DNA of 64,000 nt from Lepidodermella squamata (GCA_047495785.1 JBLDXI010000029.1:620001-684000); one strand, 5' to 3'. Positions 1 through 12,684 are shown, counted from the stretch's first letter. A program made the numbers and translations. The notes: a model not told the origin generated them from the letters alone.

Positions 1-3000
1 AAGGCGAATGTCCCATCCTGTAAGGCCATGTTACCTCGTTATCAATATAATCAAGCCGCTAGGAGGTGCGAGCGTTTCATTTACGGCGGCTGTCCCCCTG
101 TTGATAACATGTTCCTTACCATGGAGGACTGCAGCGTCACATGCGCGGGAGTTACCGTGGCTCCAACTTCTCCAACTCCGCCTAACTTCAGATGCGTTCC
201 TTTACCTGACATGAGTGACTGCAGTGCTAATTTGCCATACGAGGTATATCGATTCAACATTACAAGTCTGCAATGTGAGCGCGGCTGCAGCAGTAGGAAC
301 AACAGGTTCATGTCTATGGCTGACTGTATCGACGCGTGTCATCCTGTGACTAAACCTCCGAATTACTTACCCCCGATTTGCTTCTTACCGCCGGACTCTG
401 GTACGTGTTTCGGTAGGGCAGTCAACTATTTCTACAATCCCACAACCCGAGATTGTCAGCCTATGAGGTGATTATTGGGAAGTTTCAAGCTTTATATTTA
501 AAAATTCAATTTTAGCTACGGAGGATGCGGCGGCAATGCGAATCGATTCGAAACCAAGGAGCTATGGTAAGGATAATGGACTCAAAACTCAAACTTATTG
601 CTTTACGATTTCCTTTACAGTGATAAAACTTGTAATTCGGCCAGAGTTAGTTGGACTACTCCAGCGACACTGCCAGCTACGACATGGGAGTCCCAAATTG
701 ACCTGTGTAAACTGAGGGCTGATCCAGGACCCTGTAAAGCCCTATTTCCCATGTACTTCTACGATGCCTTATCAAATAAGTGTCAAATTTTCAATTATGG
801 AGGCTGTGATGGGAACGGAAACAGGTTTTCAACCCAAGTTGAGGTAAGCTTTGAAAATTATTTTGTATTCTTTCGAGCTTCCCTTTTTTCTAGTGCGAGG
901 ACAGGTGTTTACCAGGTGGCAGCCAATGGAATCCATTTTTAACAACCACACAGCCCCCACCTTTCACAACTGCAAAAGGGCCAATGTCAACGCTCTGCCC
1001 ACCTGATGCTCCTTTCGCAAAATGCAACTACGATCCTTGTGGGAATGCAACATGCCAAGGTTATCCTGGTGCGAGTTGCGTGCCAAATTTTTGCTACTGC
1101 ACAGCTGATTTCTACCAAAATGGACTGAAAATCAACGCTTGGTGCCGTAATTCCACTACAACAACTCGGGAACCTATGTTGCCGACTAGCCCTTCCCCTC
1201 TATGCTCACCAAAGAATTGTTTGGTCAATCCATGCGATACTAAGAAATGTCAAGGTGAGTTTCTTAAGCAGCCCCGATTCGTAAAAAATATGTTTCTTTA
1301 ATAGGATATCCTTATGCTGAGTGTTATCCTAACTATTGCCGATGCACTCCAGAATTTTTTGTCAACGGTCGGAATATCACCGAATTTTGCTTAATTACTG
1401 CGACGAATCCTCCCCCAGTTCAGGCGGTTTGCCCACCTGGAGTGGAACAGGTCAACTGCATTGAGAACCCTTGCAATTACGCAAAATGCAGTTTGTTCCC
1501 TGATGCTAAATGCGTGCCTAACTTCTGCGGCAAATGCGCCGCTGACTTCTACCTCAACGAGTACAAAATCAGTGAATGCACAGATCTTCGAATTGACTAC
1601 ACAACCCCCTCAGCGCCGTGGTCTAATTGGCCTGGGTCAAGGTGCAACCAACCTGTTGCAGTCGGAAATTGCGATGATAGTATTTCGAAGTTTTTCTACA
1701 ATTCGAGTTCTGGAAATTGCCAATGGTTTTCCTATTCGGGATGCGGCGGGAATGACAACGTTTTCGACACGAAAAAAGAGTGTGAATCTACTTGCAGAGG
1801 CGTGTTTTCAACTATGCCTCCAACTACTGGTAAGATTTCAATTTCACGTATCGAATTGACGGTGAGTTTTTTAAATAGTTCCGATATCCCTGCCTATAAG
1901 TGTTACGTCATGTCCACCTGGGATTTCGCAAGTTACCTGCGCCTATAATCCATGTGAGAATGCAACTTGCCCGGGATATCCAACTGCGACTTGCGTGCCT
2001 ACTAACTGTGGTCAATGTTCGGCGGATTTCTTCCTACAAGGTTACAAAATCCCTCGATGTGCTACAGCAGTTCCGACTGTTCAACCGCCTACTCCAGCGT
2101 GGCAGGCTAATTCACGCTGTAGCTTGCCTCAATCCGTTGGAACATGCAGCCAAAGCATTTGGATGTTCTTCTATAACTCAACTTCTAGCAAATGCGAAAC
2201 ATTCACTTATTCGGGTTGTGGTGGGAATGGAAACCTGTTCAGTAATAGAGCAGAATGTGAGAAAATATGCAATACGACCATTCCTGTCTGGCCATCTCCT
2301 CTAGGCGATAGCAACTGCCCACAAGGCGTTAGAACTGTTCAATGTTTAACCAATCCATGCGAAGGCGCAAGATGCCCGGCTTACCCTGACGCTTTTTGTG
2401 TCCCGACGAATTGCGGAGGTTGTGGTCGAGATTTCTACCTGGGTCGATGGAAAGTCCCGGACTGCTATTCACGTGACCAGCTCGCACCAACAACGCCCTT
2501 CTCATTTCCTTCGGCTAATGTTTGTTATAGGTCGCTTAATCAAGGTCGGGCATGTAACAACCCTGGAACAAGGATGTATTTCTACAATACCACGACTTCG
2601 CAGTGCGAGACGTTTTTCTACGCTGGTTGCGGTCTTGGGGCTACAGACAACGCTTTTCCGAGTTTAGACGTCTGCACCAGTGTTTGTGTTGGTACTGCCC
2701 TAGAAACTACAACGCCTTGGTGGTGGAATCAGGGCTCGTCAACGCCATCCCCGTGGTGGACCACAGGAGGTGGTAGAACGATGCCAGACTTTTGCGCCTT
2801 GGCTCCAGATGCTGGATCAAACTGCCTCGATAAACCCGTTACCAAATACTTTTTCGACGCGCTAACAGGTCAATGCTCCATCTTCTCATACGGAGGCTGT
2901 GCTGGTAATGATAACAGATTCGACTCGCTTCAGCAATGTAACGGGGCTTGTGCGGTCGGTTTGATCTATTCGACAACAATCGGAAATACCGTCGATCCTT

Positions 3001-4084
3001 TTAATGGTGCTTTCCCGATCAACTGCACACTTCCGCAAGATCAAGGCCAGTGTTCAAGCAATATTCCTGCCTACTTCTTCAATATCACTAGCTTGAGATG
3101 CGAGCTTTTCAACTACTCTGGATGTGGTGGGAACAGTAAGATCGAATATTTTTACTCAGAAAAATATATCGTAATTATTACGATATTAGGTAACAAGTTC
3201 TTTACTATGGAAGAGTGTCGATCCGAGTGCGCGCGGGGTGGTAAGATGATACGTGTTCACAAAAATTGCTAAAAACTCTGATGCTAAATTAGTGGATCCC
3301 AACCAACCTGTGCCCTCAGCGAAGCCGTGTTTATCAGAAATCAACGTCAATTGTTTGGTATGATGTTAATTATATACTATAATGCTTGTTTTCAATAATA
3401 TTTCCACTAAGGTCGATCCATGCTTCCAAGCAGTCTGTCAATCATATCCGATGGCTCGCTGTATTCCTAGCACTTGCGGTGGATGCTTTGCAGAGTTTTA
3501 CATAGGATCCGTAAAGGTTGACTGCTCAGGTGGCCGTGTGAACGTTACCGACAGCCAATGTATGTTTGAAGTGGTTATGCTCCATAAATTATAATATTTC
3601 GCATGTTAGGGCAACCTCCGCCTGTTGTTTGCCCTCAAGAAGGAAGTGGTTGTCCAATTAATCCATGTAGAGCTGCGACTTGCGCCGCTCAGCCTTCAGC
3701 CAGGTGTATACCAAACTACTGCAGCAACGCTTGTTCGGCCGATTTCTACGACGTCTACAACAGGAAAGTCAACTGTACCACAGGTAAGACTGCGAACCCT
3801 CCGTTACCCTCCCAACTAATCGTAATGTAGGTAAACCTGTCTTCTCCACAACACCCTTAGCCCGAGCCTCCTCCGCTGCGGTTGCTACAACCAGCAGAGG
3901 GGGTCATTGGGACTTTTTAACAACAAAAGCCACGCTAACAACTAACGCACCGGCTGTGACGTCGAACCGTAGTGAAATGCTCGAAACAGCAGCACCTATT
4001 TCGAACAGACCCCGCAACACAGCTTCTAACGATGCATGCATCTCAACAATTTTAGTCACAATGCTAATTTTTACTCGAATTTAA
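1..4084 (+). CDS. Multi-exon extracellular protein (5'-truncated): 9 Kunitz/BPTI domains interleaved with 7 copies of an 8-Cys module, Thr/Pro linkers, hydrophobic GPI-signal-like C-terminus (terminal block A)
   Basis: Kunitz pattern seen repeatedly, e.g. CKLRADPGPCKALFPMYFYDALSNKCQIFNYGGCDGNGNRF. Module pattern C..C..NPC.A.C..YP.A.C.PN.C..C.A.FY..G.K...C. The ORF pieces join through short GT-AG introns. The last exon (3831-4084) reads GKPVFSTT...ASNDACISTILVTMLIFTRI*, with AATAAA at 4198. Confidence 0.88.
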
Positions 4085-4252
4085 AACATTTTTCACTTTA
4101 TAGTATGCTTCCTTGTAGTAATTGTAGATCTTTTTCTTGCCGGTGTCTATTCCTCTACGTATTTAGCAAAATCTTTCCTTGAACGCTGAAAGTTTGTAAT
4201 AAAATCGAAGCAAATCGCTCCTCAGAGTAAAATTTTGCCGGGATATAACCAG

Positions 4253-5454
4253 GAAACCCAGTCGCCCCCTCACAAAACCTCTGTTTCCTACCTCCCGATC
4301 TTGGCCAACCCTGCGAATCCGGCTTACCAACCATACCTCGCATTTACTACTATTACGACTATAAATCGGACAAATGCACGCCGTTCAGTTTCACGGGCTG
4401 TGGCGGTAATGAGAACAGATTCGACCTCTTGGAGTACTGCTTAGAACTATGCGACCCTGATTACGCGGATTGGACCATGTCAACCCTGAGAATTCCGACG
4501 ACAACCGACGACATAGACGGATCGGGATCAGGATCCGGATCCGGATCAGGAAGTGGTGGGATTTCATTTATAAGACCCTTCATCCTTCATCATTTCAGCT
4601 CTTTAGTAGTAGAAATACCTACTGCTTATTTAGTTCTAACTGGTTAAGCCTTCTATGGATGAACTTTTTATTTAGGTGAATCCCCGCCCACTGAAGAGCC
4701 GGTTGCTATTGAAACAACAACTGGTTCAACCCTTCCGGGAGGGTGGCAAATGCCAAGCATTTGCATGGAACAAGCCGACCCGGGTTACTGTGATGGCCAA
4801 ATCGGAGCTTTCTTCTTTGATTTCAACACTTTCAAGTGCAGAAATTTTCTTTGGACAGGTTGCGGGGGTAAGTTTCGGTACAGCATGTGAACCCAAAATA
4901 AGTTTTGTCATTAGGCAACAGCAACAGATTTGAAACGTACAACGAATGTGAAATGGCATGTAATCTAAGAAGATATCTTGAGACTACAACGACGACCCAA
5001 GTCACGACTACTACTGCTGGGGCAACATCAGTCAAAACATCTACAACGACTGGAAAGCCCTCAAGTTAGTCCTATCATATTGCTATAGACTGCATGTGAC
5101 CCTATTTTTCTAGAATGTCTAAGTGTCACCTTCGGTGAGCTGGTCATGCAAAACAAGTCGCTGCTCAACTGCTTCCAGTTACCTACTACCCGTTATCAGT
5201 TCAACAGGAATTCTTCAAAATGCGAGGGCTTCACCTTCGTAGGATGTCCTGAGGTGTCTAAACTGGTTGAAAATCTGTTTGATTCCTTTGATCGATGCGA
5301 AAATGAGTGCGTTGCCGTTAAGCCGGAAAGTGGAGCCGCTGTTGGCGCTAAGAAAAATGATGGATGCTTCGCTCAGCCAAACCTTATGCTGCAAATCACC
5401 CTAATGTTGACCCTCCCGCTGTTAAACAAACTAATAACAAAAAACAAAAGTTGA
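4253..5454 (+). CDS. Exon block B: 3 more Kunitz domains, DDID(GS)6G motif, Thr-rich stalk, hydrophobic C-terminus; probably alternative 3' exons of the upstream gene
   Basis: Kunitz domains CFLPPDLGQPC...FTGCGGNENRF, CMEQADPGYC...WTGCG/GNSNRF and CLSV...FVGC..ENLF..CENEC. There is an in-frame TAA at 4246 and no ATG before the first domain, so it must be entered by splicing; the acceptor at 4252 is phase 1. Confidence 0.8.
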
Positions 5455-5574
5455 AACTTGTTAAATTCAACCCTAATTAATGTCTGTCCTTAAAACCCGT
5501 GAGCTTGAAATACAAAATGCAAGGAGTCGTATTGTTAAAACATTTGCGAGTTGTGAGAGCTTTAAATTTTGCAG

Positions 5575-6786
5575 GAACGCCTTGCAACATTTTCGAGGAT
5601 CGTTTCTTTCCAGAATTCACAACACCACAACCTTTCATAGTTGACGGGATCGATTTTACGAACTGCAATGGGCTTTATTGCGTATCTAATCCAGAGGTAC
5701 TGATTCGAGTTGGATAAATCATTTCAAGTTGTTTTGCTTTTCAGGCCGAGTGTAGAGTGAACTCAGAGACTTACTACGTCATCGAGTTTTTCGTCCATGA
5801 CAAGCCTATTCAGTGCACGAAAATTGGGTTAGTGCAAGCAGGGGAGCGAAAGAAATTAAAGACCAGACAAGCATGGCCTGGTAACAGCCCAACGTGCCAT
5901 GATCTTCAATGCCTGGAATATCCCCAGGTAAAACTAACTAACAATGATTATTTCTTCGTCGTTTTATGTCAATCAAAAGGCTGTGTGCAAAGTCAACCAG
6001 GTAACGTCAGAGGCAGAGTTTTTCGAAGGAAATCATCCAGTGAAGTGCACGCGTGTTGCAATCAGTCGAATTCCATCAATTTGGCAGGCTCCGGCGATTC
6101 CACCCTATATTCCAGAAACACCGACTCCAGAGTTACCTACTGAGTACCCGCTGATCCCTCAGCTACCAGCAAAGTGTGACGGATTAATTTGCGTCTCAGT
6201 GCCTCAGGCTCGATGCTTTTCCAACCCTGATACTGGGATGATCGAATTTTACGACGGAGGGGAGAAGATTGAGTGCTCGGAGGTCACTCATAGGCTAACG
6301 CCCCCTGATATCGCCAACAACTACTTCCCAATGCTTCAAACTGAGAAAGCACCCTCTTGCGACGGTCTGCGCTGCCTGTCGCATCCTCAGGTTGCTCTAC
6401 AAGTTTTAATTATAGTGTTCATATTTTTAGTTGAATTATTGTAGGCTGAGTGTCGCGTCAATTTACACACGTCTGTTGCTGAGTTTTACCTTCATGGAGA
6501 GAAAATTACCTGCTTGAACGTGGCAGCTGATCATCAAATAGCCAAAAACGACTGCGCTAGTAATCAAGTTTCTATGGACGAAAACATTCCCACGTGCCGC
6601 GATCTGAGGTGTTTGACTGACTTGGAGGTGAGTAATTACCGACAATCTACTCGCTTACATTATAATATGAGCTTGTATTTCTGTCAGGCGGTATGCGAGG
6701 TGAATCGATCGTCGGCAAAGGTTGAGTTCTTCAAAAACGGAGCGAAAATAGCCTGTCCTTATGTGATCAACATGCCGTCGAGCTAG
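5575..6786 (+). CDS. Exon block C: five repeats of a 4-Cys module (Cx4Cx7C..N..T...EF...G.KI.C); alternative 3' end of the Kunitz gene or a separate gene
   Basis: Acceptor ttttgcag at 5574. Repeats such as CNGLYCVSNPE/AECRVNSETYYVIEFFVHDKPIQC and CDGLRCLSHPQ/AECRVNLHTSVAEFYLHGEKITC. A phase-0 intron lies at the same site in 4 of 5 repeats. Stop at 6786. Confidence 0.75.
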
Positions 6787-7024
6787 TAGGCGTAACTAGC
6801 TCAACTAACGCTCTGATTAGCCAAATCGCCATGGCTAAGTCACGCAGAACCAATGAATAATATCGCATTACCCCTCATCCAATGCGCCAACCTCCTCTAT
6901 TAAATTGACAAAATTTGACCGCCCTAATGAGATCGCAGCAAAACTGAAGATAATTGAAAAAATACAATTTATTCGTAACTATAAGAGCAGTGATTGAGAA
7001 TACATTATGTAACCACGTTTATTT

Positions 7025-7740
7025 CTACCGGGATTCATTAACTTCGACTAGAGGGCTTCTAATGCACTGTTTCATACAGGATGTGTAGGTTTGAAAGCCG
7101 TTGAAAATGATGCCACAGCATGATGCTGCCAAGGAATAGCAGTTTTTCGTCGCCGGGTCGTATTTGTATACATGCTTACGGCAACCATGACAACTTCGCT
7201 CACACCCGTGTCCGTAGGCGATCATTACAGGACCGTGGCATTGCTCATCCTCATCCTTCAAGTCTATAAAAGTCAATTGTAATTCAAAATGTCAAAGCTT
7301 TGTATGATATCTCTTACCGAATTTGCGGAGCAGAGCCCGGCGAGACATTCCAGTTGAATTTGATGTTTTGCAAGTCTGTTCACAGCTAGATTTCGAGCAG
7401 AAGTGATTGCCCCACTTCGGACACCCCAAATCAGGTTTCTGCTCGCACTCGCCGGTTTGAGAATTGAATGCAAAATAAACTGCGCCTGGAACAGTATTTT
7501 CGCGTATGCATCCTTTTGGAAGAATCGGCTGTGTGCATCTCAAGTCGTCTACTTGAAATTTCGGCACGTCGCGTCGTGCTTGAGTCCACGGAACCGCTGG
7601 CATCTCGCAGCTGAAACAGAAAAAGAGGGATTAAGAGTGAAATTCAAGTTAGATCATCAATGATTCGGAACATACCTTGAGAGCACAACCAGCATGCAGA
7701 GGTTGTAGGCAATAGCAACAGCTTGAATATTCAGAAACAT
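7025..7740 (-). CDS. Secreted double-Kunitz-like protein with extra cysteines, paralog 1 (3 exons)
   Basis: Exon 1 (7740-7676) encodes the signal peptide MFLNIQAVAIAYNLCMLVVLS. Exon 2 reads SCEMPAVPW...FAFNSQTGECEQKPDLGCPKWGNHFCSKSSCEQTC. Exon 3 reads EQC...YKYDPATKNC...CC..FNGF.TY.SCMKQC. Confidence 0.85.
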
Positions 7741-8590
7741 TTTGTTGGCGAAGGATTTCGAAAAAAGATTATACTGACTGTTAGTTCACCGCTGAAATGA
7801 TGCTTAAATGCAGTAGCCAGCGCGTGCAATTAAGGAAGTAGATTGCTAATTAGGTAGAGAAATGAACAAGATCGAGTGACCAAACAGCGTCGCTACGTGA
7901 TTTCGGCTGCATTTTCTCGCGTCAAGTCGACTTATTGATTCCAATTTGTGTATGAACAATTTGCAAAATACTAACGACAGATTCATTATACAAGCCTACA
8001 CTCGCTAACGACCCAGACGATGAGCTTAATGAGACGATCGATCTGAGTTCGTTTGACAGAAGAGTTCACGTCTTGTTTATAGCGATGAAATACTATGCAA
8101 GACGATTTAGCGAGACGATAAAATCCGCCAAAAGCGCGATGTTTTTAGAAACGTAAGAATTGTTTGAACTCAAATGAATCAGCAAATGTCGTTGAAACGT
8201 CGGTATTTGAATCAGCATTTCGTCCGATTGCGCCACTGAATTCTTAAATACCATTCGTTTAAATTTCCATCGGATGTTACATCTCATGTGAGTTGTGGGA
8301 ATTATCCCAGCTATAAAATAGCTGATGGGTGCCAGAGTACAAAGCATCAGGAATAATGGATGAAGATGTTTCCACCAGAATATTTCCGCAGCTTTGTTGA
8401 TATAAACTATTTTTATTTCAGTGTTACGCGCCGTGAACGTTTGGTGATCATGAACAAAATAAAGAAAAACGAAATGATTCCAAATGTTACAATAAAAAAA
8501 TGGTCCGACGTGTTGAGTTTACGAAAAAAATAGTGAACATCGAGGTAAGACCAAGATAAGAGCGGCCTGATTCGCTAAATTGCATATAAT

Positions 8591-9323
8591 TTATTGCTGC
8601 TTTTTCATGCATTGACCCATGCATGTTCCATAAGTTTTAAAGCCGTTGTATATGAGCCCACAACAGGCGGCAGCTAAGGAGTAGCAGTCATTCGTCGCCG
8701 GATCGTACTTGTAAACATGCTTGCGACACGAATTGACACCACGATCGCATCCGGAACCGTACGCAATCATGACAGGCCCAGTGCACTGCTCTTGGGGATC
8801 TTTTGTCTCTGAAATTAATACAATCGATGCAAGTGGATCTTATTCTCCAATTATTACCGTATGTCCGCAAAAGAGCTCGGCGGTGCATGGTCGGCGTAGA
8901 AATGTTCCGGCAAGCTTGTTCACAGCTAGCCTTCGAACAGAAATGATTGCCCCATTTCGGGCATCCCAAGTCTGGTTTTTGCTCGCATCGCCCGGTTTGG
9001 GAATTGAAAATGTAGAAAAAAGTGCCAGGTATGACTGTATCGCTGCTGCAGCCCTTCGGTGAGATGGGCTGTGTGCATCGCAGATCGGTTACTTCATATT
9101 TAGGGATATCGCGGCGATGTTGCGACCATGGAATTGCTGGCACAGAGCACCTGTCACATAGCATAATCAGTTATTGGTGCAACAAATTGTGAGGAAGTGA
9201 GGGATTCCCCTTTCATTACAGGCCTATTATGATAAAGATCTGTGAAATTCCTTGTTTGACCATCACTTACCATGACAAAGTCACCAACAAGCAAATCATT
9301 TGAGTGATAGCTATAACATTCAT
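8591..9323 (-). CDS. Secreted double-Kunitz-like protein, paralog 2
   Basis: ATG at 9323 (MNVIAITQMICLLVTLS), same 3-exon structure and motifs as paralog 1, ends CMGQCMKKQQ*. Confidence 0.85.
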
Positions 9324-10851
9324 GCTTCGGCCGTTGATCTAGAAATTGCTCGAGGTTACGAAAATGATTAAAATGCCGTTAAGATTCATTAACTTGTTCA
9401 GTGCTTAAATACTATAACAAGATAGCAATGCGAGCTTATTAGTCGCGTATTATAGAGAATTAACAAGGGATATTAAATAGCCTGCGTGACCACTACTTCG
9501 TGTCCGCACCCGAATTCCTCGCGAGCTATCCGAGTTCACTTTGAAATTTACCCAGCTTAGACATGCACCCATATTATAGTCTGCTGACCACGAGTGACGA
9601 ATCTCAGACAAATAAACCTTTGCAATATCGACATTCATGTTTTCAAATTTCGTTGGATTTCGAAAATCTTCGCTACTCAGGGTCTCTTCTTCCACTTTCA
9701 AACATATATTTTGCGTAATTCAGCCAGCTAACAACTTTGATGCTTTGATAACGAGAATAATAGACTTCTGGAGTTTATATTTAGTCAGCTAAGAAATTTG
9801 AGAACCTGTTATTTCCTTGTCTGTCCACTCGATGGCGCCATGCAATAATTGGCTGATTAGTTATTCAGCAGACGAACTAACAACATACTCAGAGCCCTGT
9901 TGAGGTATTGTATTTTTATTAACGTCAGTGCATCTTCACCTTTAGCCAGAAGCTTTTTCCTTTCTAGACAAAATAGATCAGCAGTGGAGCAAAGCGAAAA
10001 GCGAAATGGCTTGACATGGGTGTTGCATTACGCACCAAAGTGAGCTATCGGAAAACAGCTAACGTCCAAAAATAGCAAATAAGGAATTTGAAGTAATTAA
10101 GTCAATATCTGCATATCTATATTTATGCATTCCACGATGTCCGATAAACATTCCACGGTGACTCGCGTGACTTCCGAACGTGTCGGCTCGCATGACCAAC
10201 CAGTCGGAGAAACATGAGCTCTTTGATTTGTTTCATATTGTATTAGCCTCATCCGATGCTGACGGTTGAGATGATTACAATTGTGAAGCTTTGTTGACTT
10301 GGCAGAAAGAAAAAAGACCAGTGAAATGGTAAGCAAGAGACCTGCGGCAGCATAGGCAGAGTTAGGATTCAGGGCGCGACTGCCGGCGCATCCCGACTCT
10401 GATTCTTAGAGAATGGGTTGTGATATTTGAAACCAGCGGGGTTGAGGCATCCTGAGCGGGCTCGGAAGTCCTGGACATTACAACTCACCATTTGGCAACC
10501 GTAGCGGCAGAGCCCCGGTGTCGTACAACTACAGGAGCTACGAAATCTTTGGAGCTGACTCACAATTCACAATCGCTATGAGGCTTCCAAATTTATTGCT
10601 TATTTAGAGTGGTAAGGCGCGATCTTTTTACCATCGTTGAAAAGTAACTACTATTTTTGGGATTTGGAATTAATTCGAAATAAACGATCCTTAGCCGTTT
10701 AGTGCTCAAACCTAATAGACAACCAAGTGGTAATAAACAAAACTTTAATTTTTCCATGTAATTAGATGTGCTGAAAGCGAAAAATGCCCATATTTTGGTG
10801 GTTTGACAGTCACCTGGGAAAAATGTTGCCAAGAAATAAAGAAAAGAAATA

Positions 10852-10999
10852 CAGTGGAACCCTGATTTCCCGTCTTCTGCTGTTCCACGAATATCCTGAC
10901 GGGAAATCTAGGTCCTTTTGCGAGTTTTTGCCGCACTCACCAAAGTCGCATCCTTTGCCACGATAAGATGAATTTTCCGCTAGTTTCGAGTCCATACTG
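10852..10999. mobile_element. Tc1/pogo-like MITE relic (same family as 14597-14769)
   Basis: Begins TA-CAGTGGAACCC. Internal hairpin CCTGATTTCCCGTC...GACGGGAAATCTAGG. Shares ATCCTGACGGGAAATCTAGG with the copy at about 14640. Confidence 0.5.
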
Positions 11000-12536
11000 C
11001 TATTAGTCCCAAGCGCCATGCATGAAATCCCGGAACGCGGCAAAATTCGGGGAAGAATAAACCGCAATATCGGGGCGTAAATTCCAAGGAATTTTATGGC
11101 TCTCATTCACAATTATTCATTTTTATGGTTGTATCATGCATGAGACCTACAGGAAGTCTCATGGTATCATGGGCATAAGTCTCATTCAACGAAAACGGTT
11201 GCCAAATTGTAAGTCCTTATTAAACACGTGCGAAACGGGGCGTTTCAACGATCATGCAATAAAAGCCTTCAGGCCGCCATGCCCTGTCATAGAGCGTGGA
11301 TGATACGGCCTGAATTCAAGAATCGCTTGTAAGCTCTCTACAGTTTAATAAGTGCATGAATTCATGCCTTACCTTTTGATTTTCGCCGTGTAGTAGTTTA
11401 TGTAAGTCTTTACTTCAGGAAGAGGTCAAGTGTCGAGCTTGAGTAATGACTTGGAGTTTGAGTAAAATTCCCCTTCGGTTTCGTAATACAATAGCTGGGC
11501 CCTTCAAACAGCTCCTGGCATTACTTGAACCCTTTGATGAACCCTTTGACAAGAAAAGAGGATGTTATTCCGCTCATTTTGCTGTCATTTTCATTCGATA
11601 ACATGTCAGTCATCAGTGCCTATACATGGAGGTGAGTGAGTAATAATCATGATGGGACGAAAAATTTAATTAACGAGCCTTAGCCATATTTCGGCAGCTT
11701 CAGACTCGGCAGATTTCTTCGCGGGTAATATTTTAGCACATTAAATGAACGATGAATATTCAGCAGGCTCTCCTGTTCACCATATTCGGCGTCCTAGCAC
11801 GGATATCAAGCACCGGTTAGTTGATCAATGCAAGTTGCTTTTAATCGGCCTTGACTTGAGTTGTTAATAGATGCCTTAACTTGCTATGAGAGGGGTATGG
11901 CAGTTTCAGTTGCGCACGCTGATTGGTCGATCGATCGCTTTACTACTATGAAGCGGCGTGAAACATTTCGTCGTGTGGTCCATCAACGTTTTTCAACAGG
12001 ACTTATTTGCCGCAGTAGTTGAACAAGATTAATAATATGGAGTTCATAGCCGCAGTCACTGTACAGATTTTGTTTTTCTATATTTTAGTGGACCGAATGT
12101 TTCATGCCGGAGTCATAGTAACAATTGATACCAAACAGCATTCACGCTGTAGCGTGCGTTTCTTTATTCTAGTTTTTGTGAATTTTTAAAATAAATTCGG
12201 AATGAGATTTCATTAGAATTTCATGATAGTGTTTCATTAGAATGTCAAGTTTGCGCTTGACATCCATTAGTAACATTAGACTCAGTCTTTGTGACCTGCG
12301 GCCCCTGCTTGGTCCGCCTTAACAAAATGTGTTAATTCAGTGGGTGGAAATATATATTTGTTTACTATTTTTCACATTGAATTGTAACAGTTGTAACACA
12401 TTACGAAAAACATCGAAAAGAAATAAAGCATGGGTTTTTTATAATGACCGCATAGAAATACTTCAACTATTATCGATATTATTGAAAATTGCATAAATCA
12501 ATGTTATCGGATTTGATGATTTTTGACGCCGTTTTA

Positions 12537-12680
12537 CAACCATCTCCGGGTGTCATCGGGGGACAGCGATGGATATTCGTCAATCAGGCTACTATTCCGG
12601 CCTTCGGCTGCGCCTCTCGGGCTTGCATAGCTAGCCTTCAGGCCGATATCCATCGTGCTATGATATCCACCCGGATATTG
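12537..12680. mobile_element. Palindromic TA-flanked MITE inserted immediately after the stop codon of paralog 3
   Basis: Nested inverted repeats CCGGGTG/CACCCGG, CGATGGATAT/ATATCCATCG and AGGCTA/TAGCCT, with TA on both sides. Confidence 0.6.
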
Positions 12681-12684
12681 TATA

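Noticed and set aside
4085-4183. Hydrophobic in-frame peptide after the TAA at 4084 (readthrough TM?)
   Set aside because: T-rich UTR sequence translates as hydrophobic residues by chance, and the TAA context is not readthrough-prone. Kept only as an alternative gene model.
10340-10590. GC-rich stretch with GGAAGTCCTGGAC and CAGGAGCT resembling RNase P/MRP P4 strands
   Set aside because: The spacing is too short and the bulge is on the wrong strand; more likely a repeat relic.
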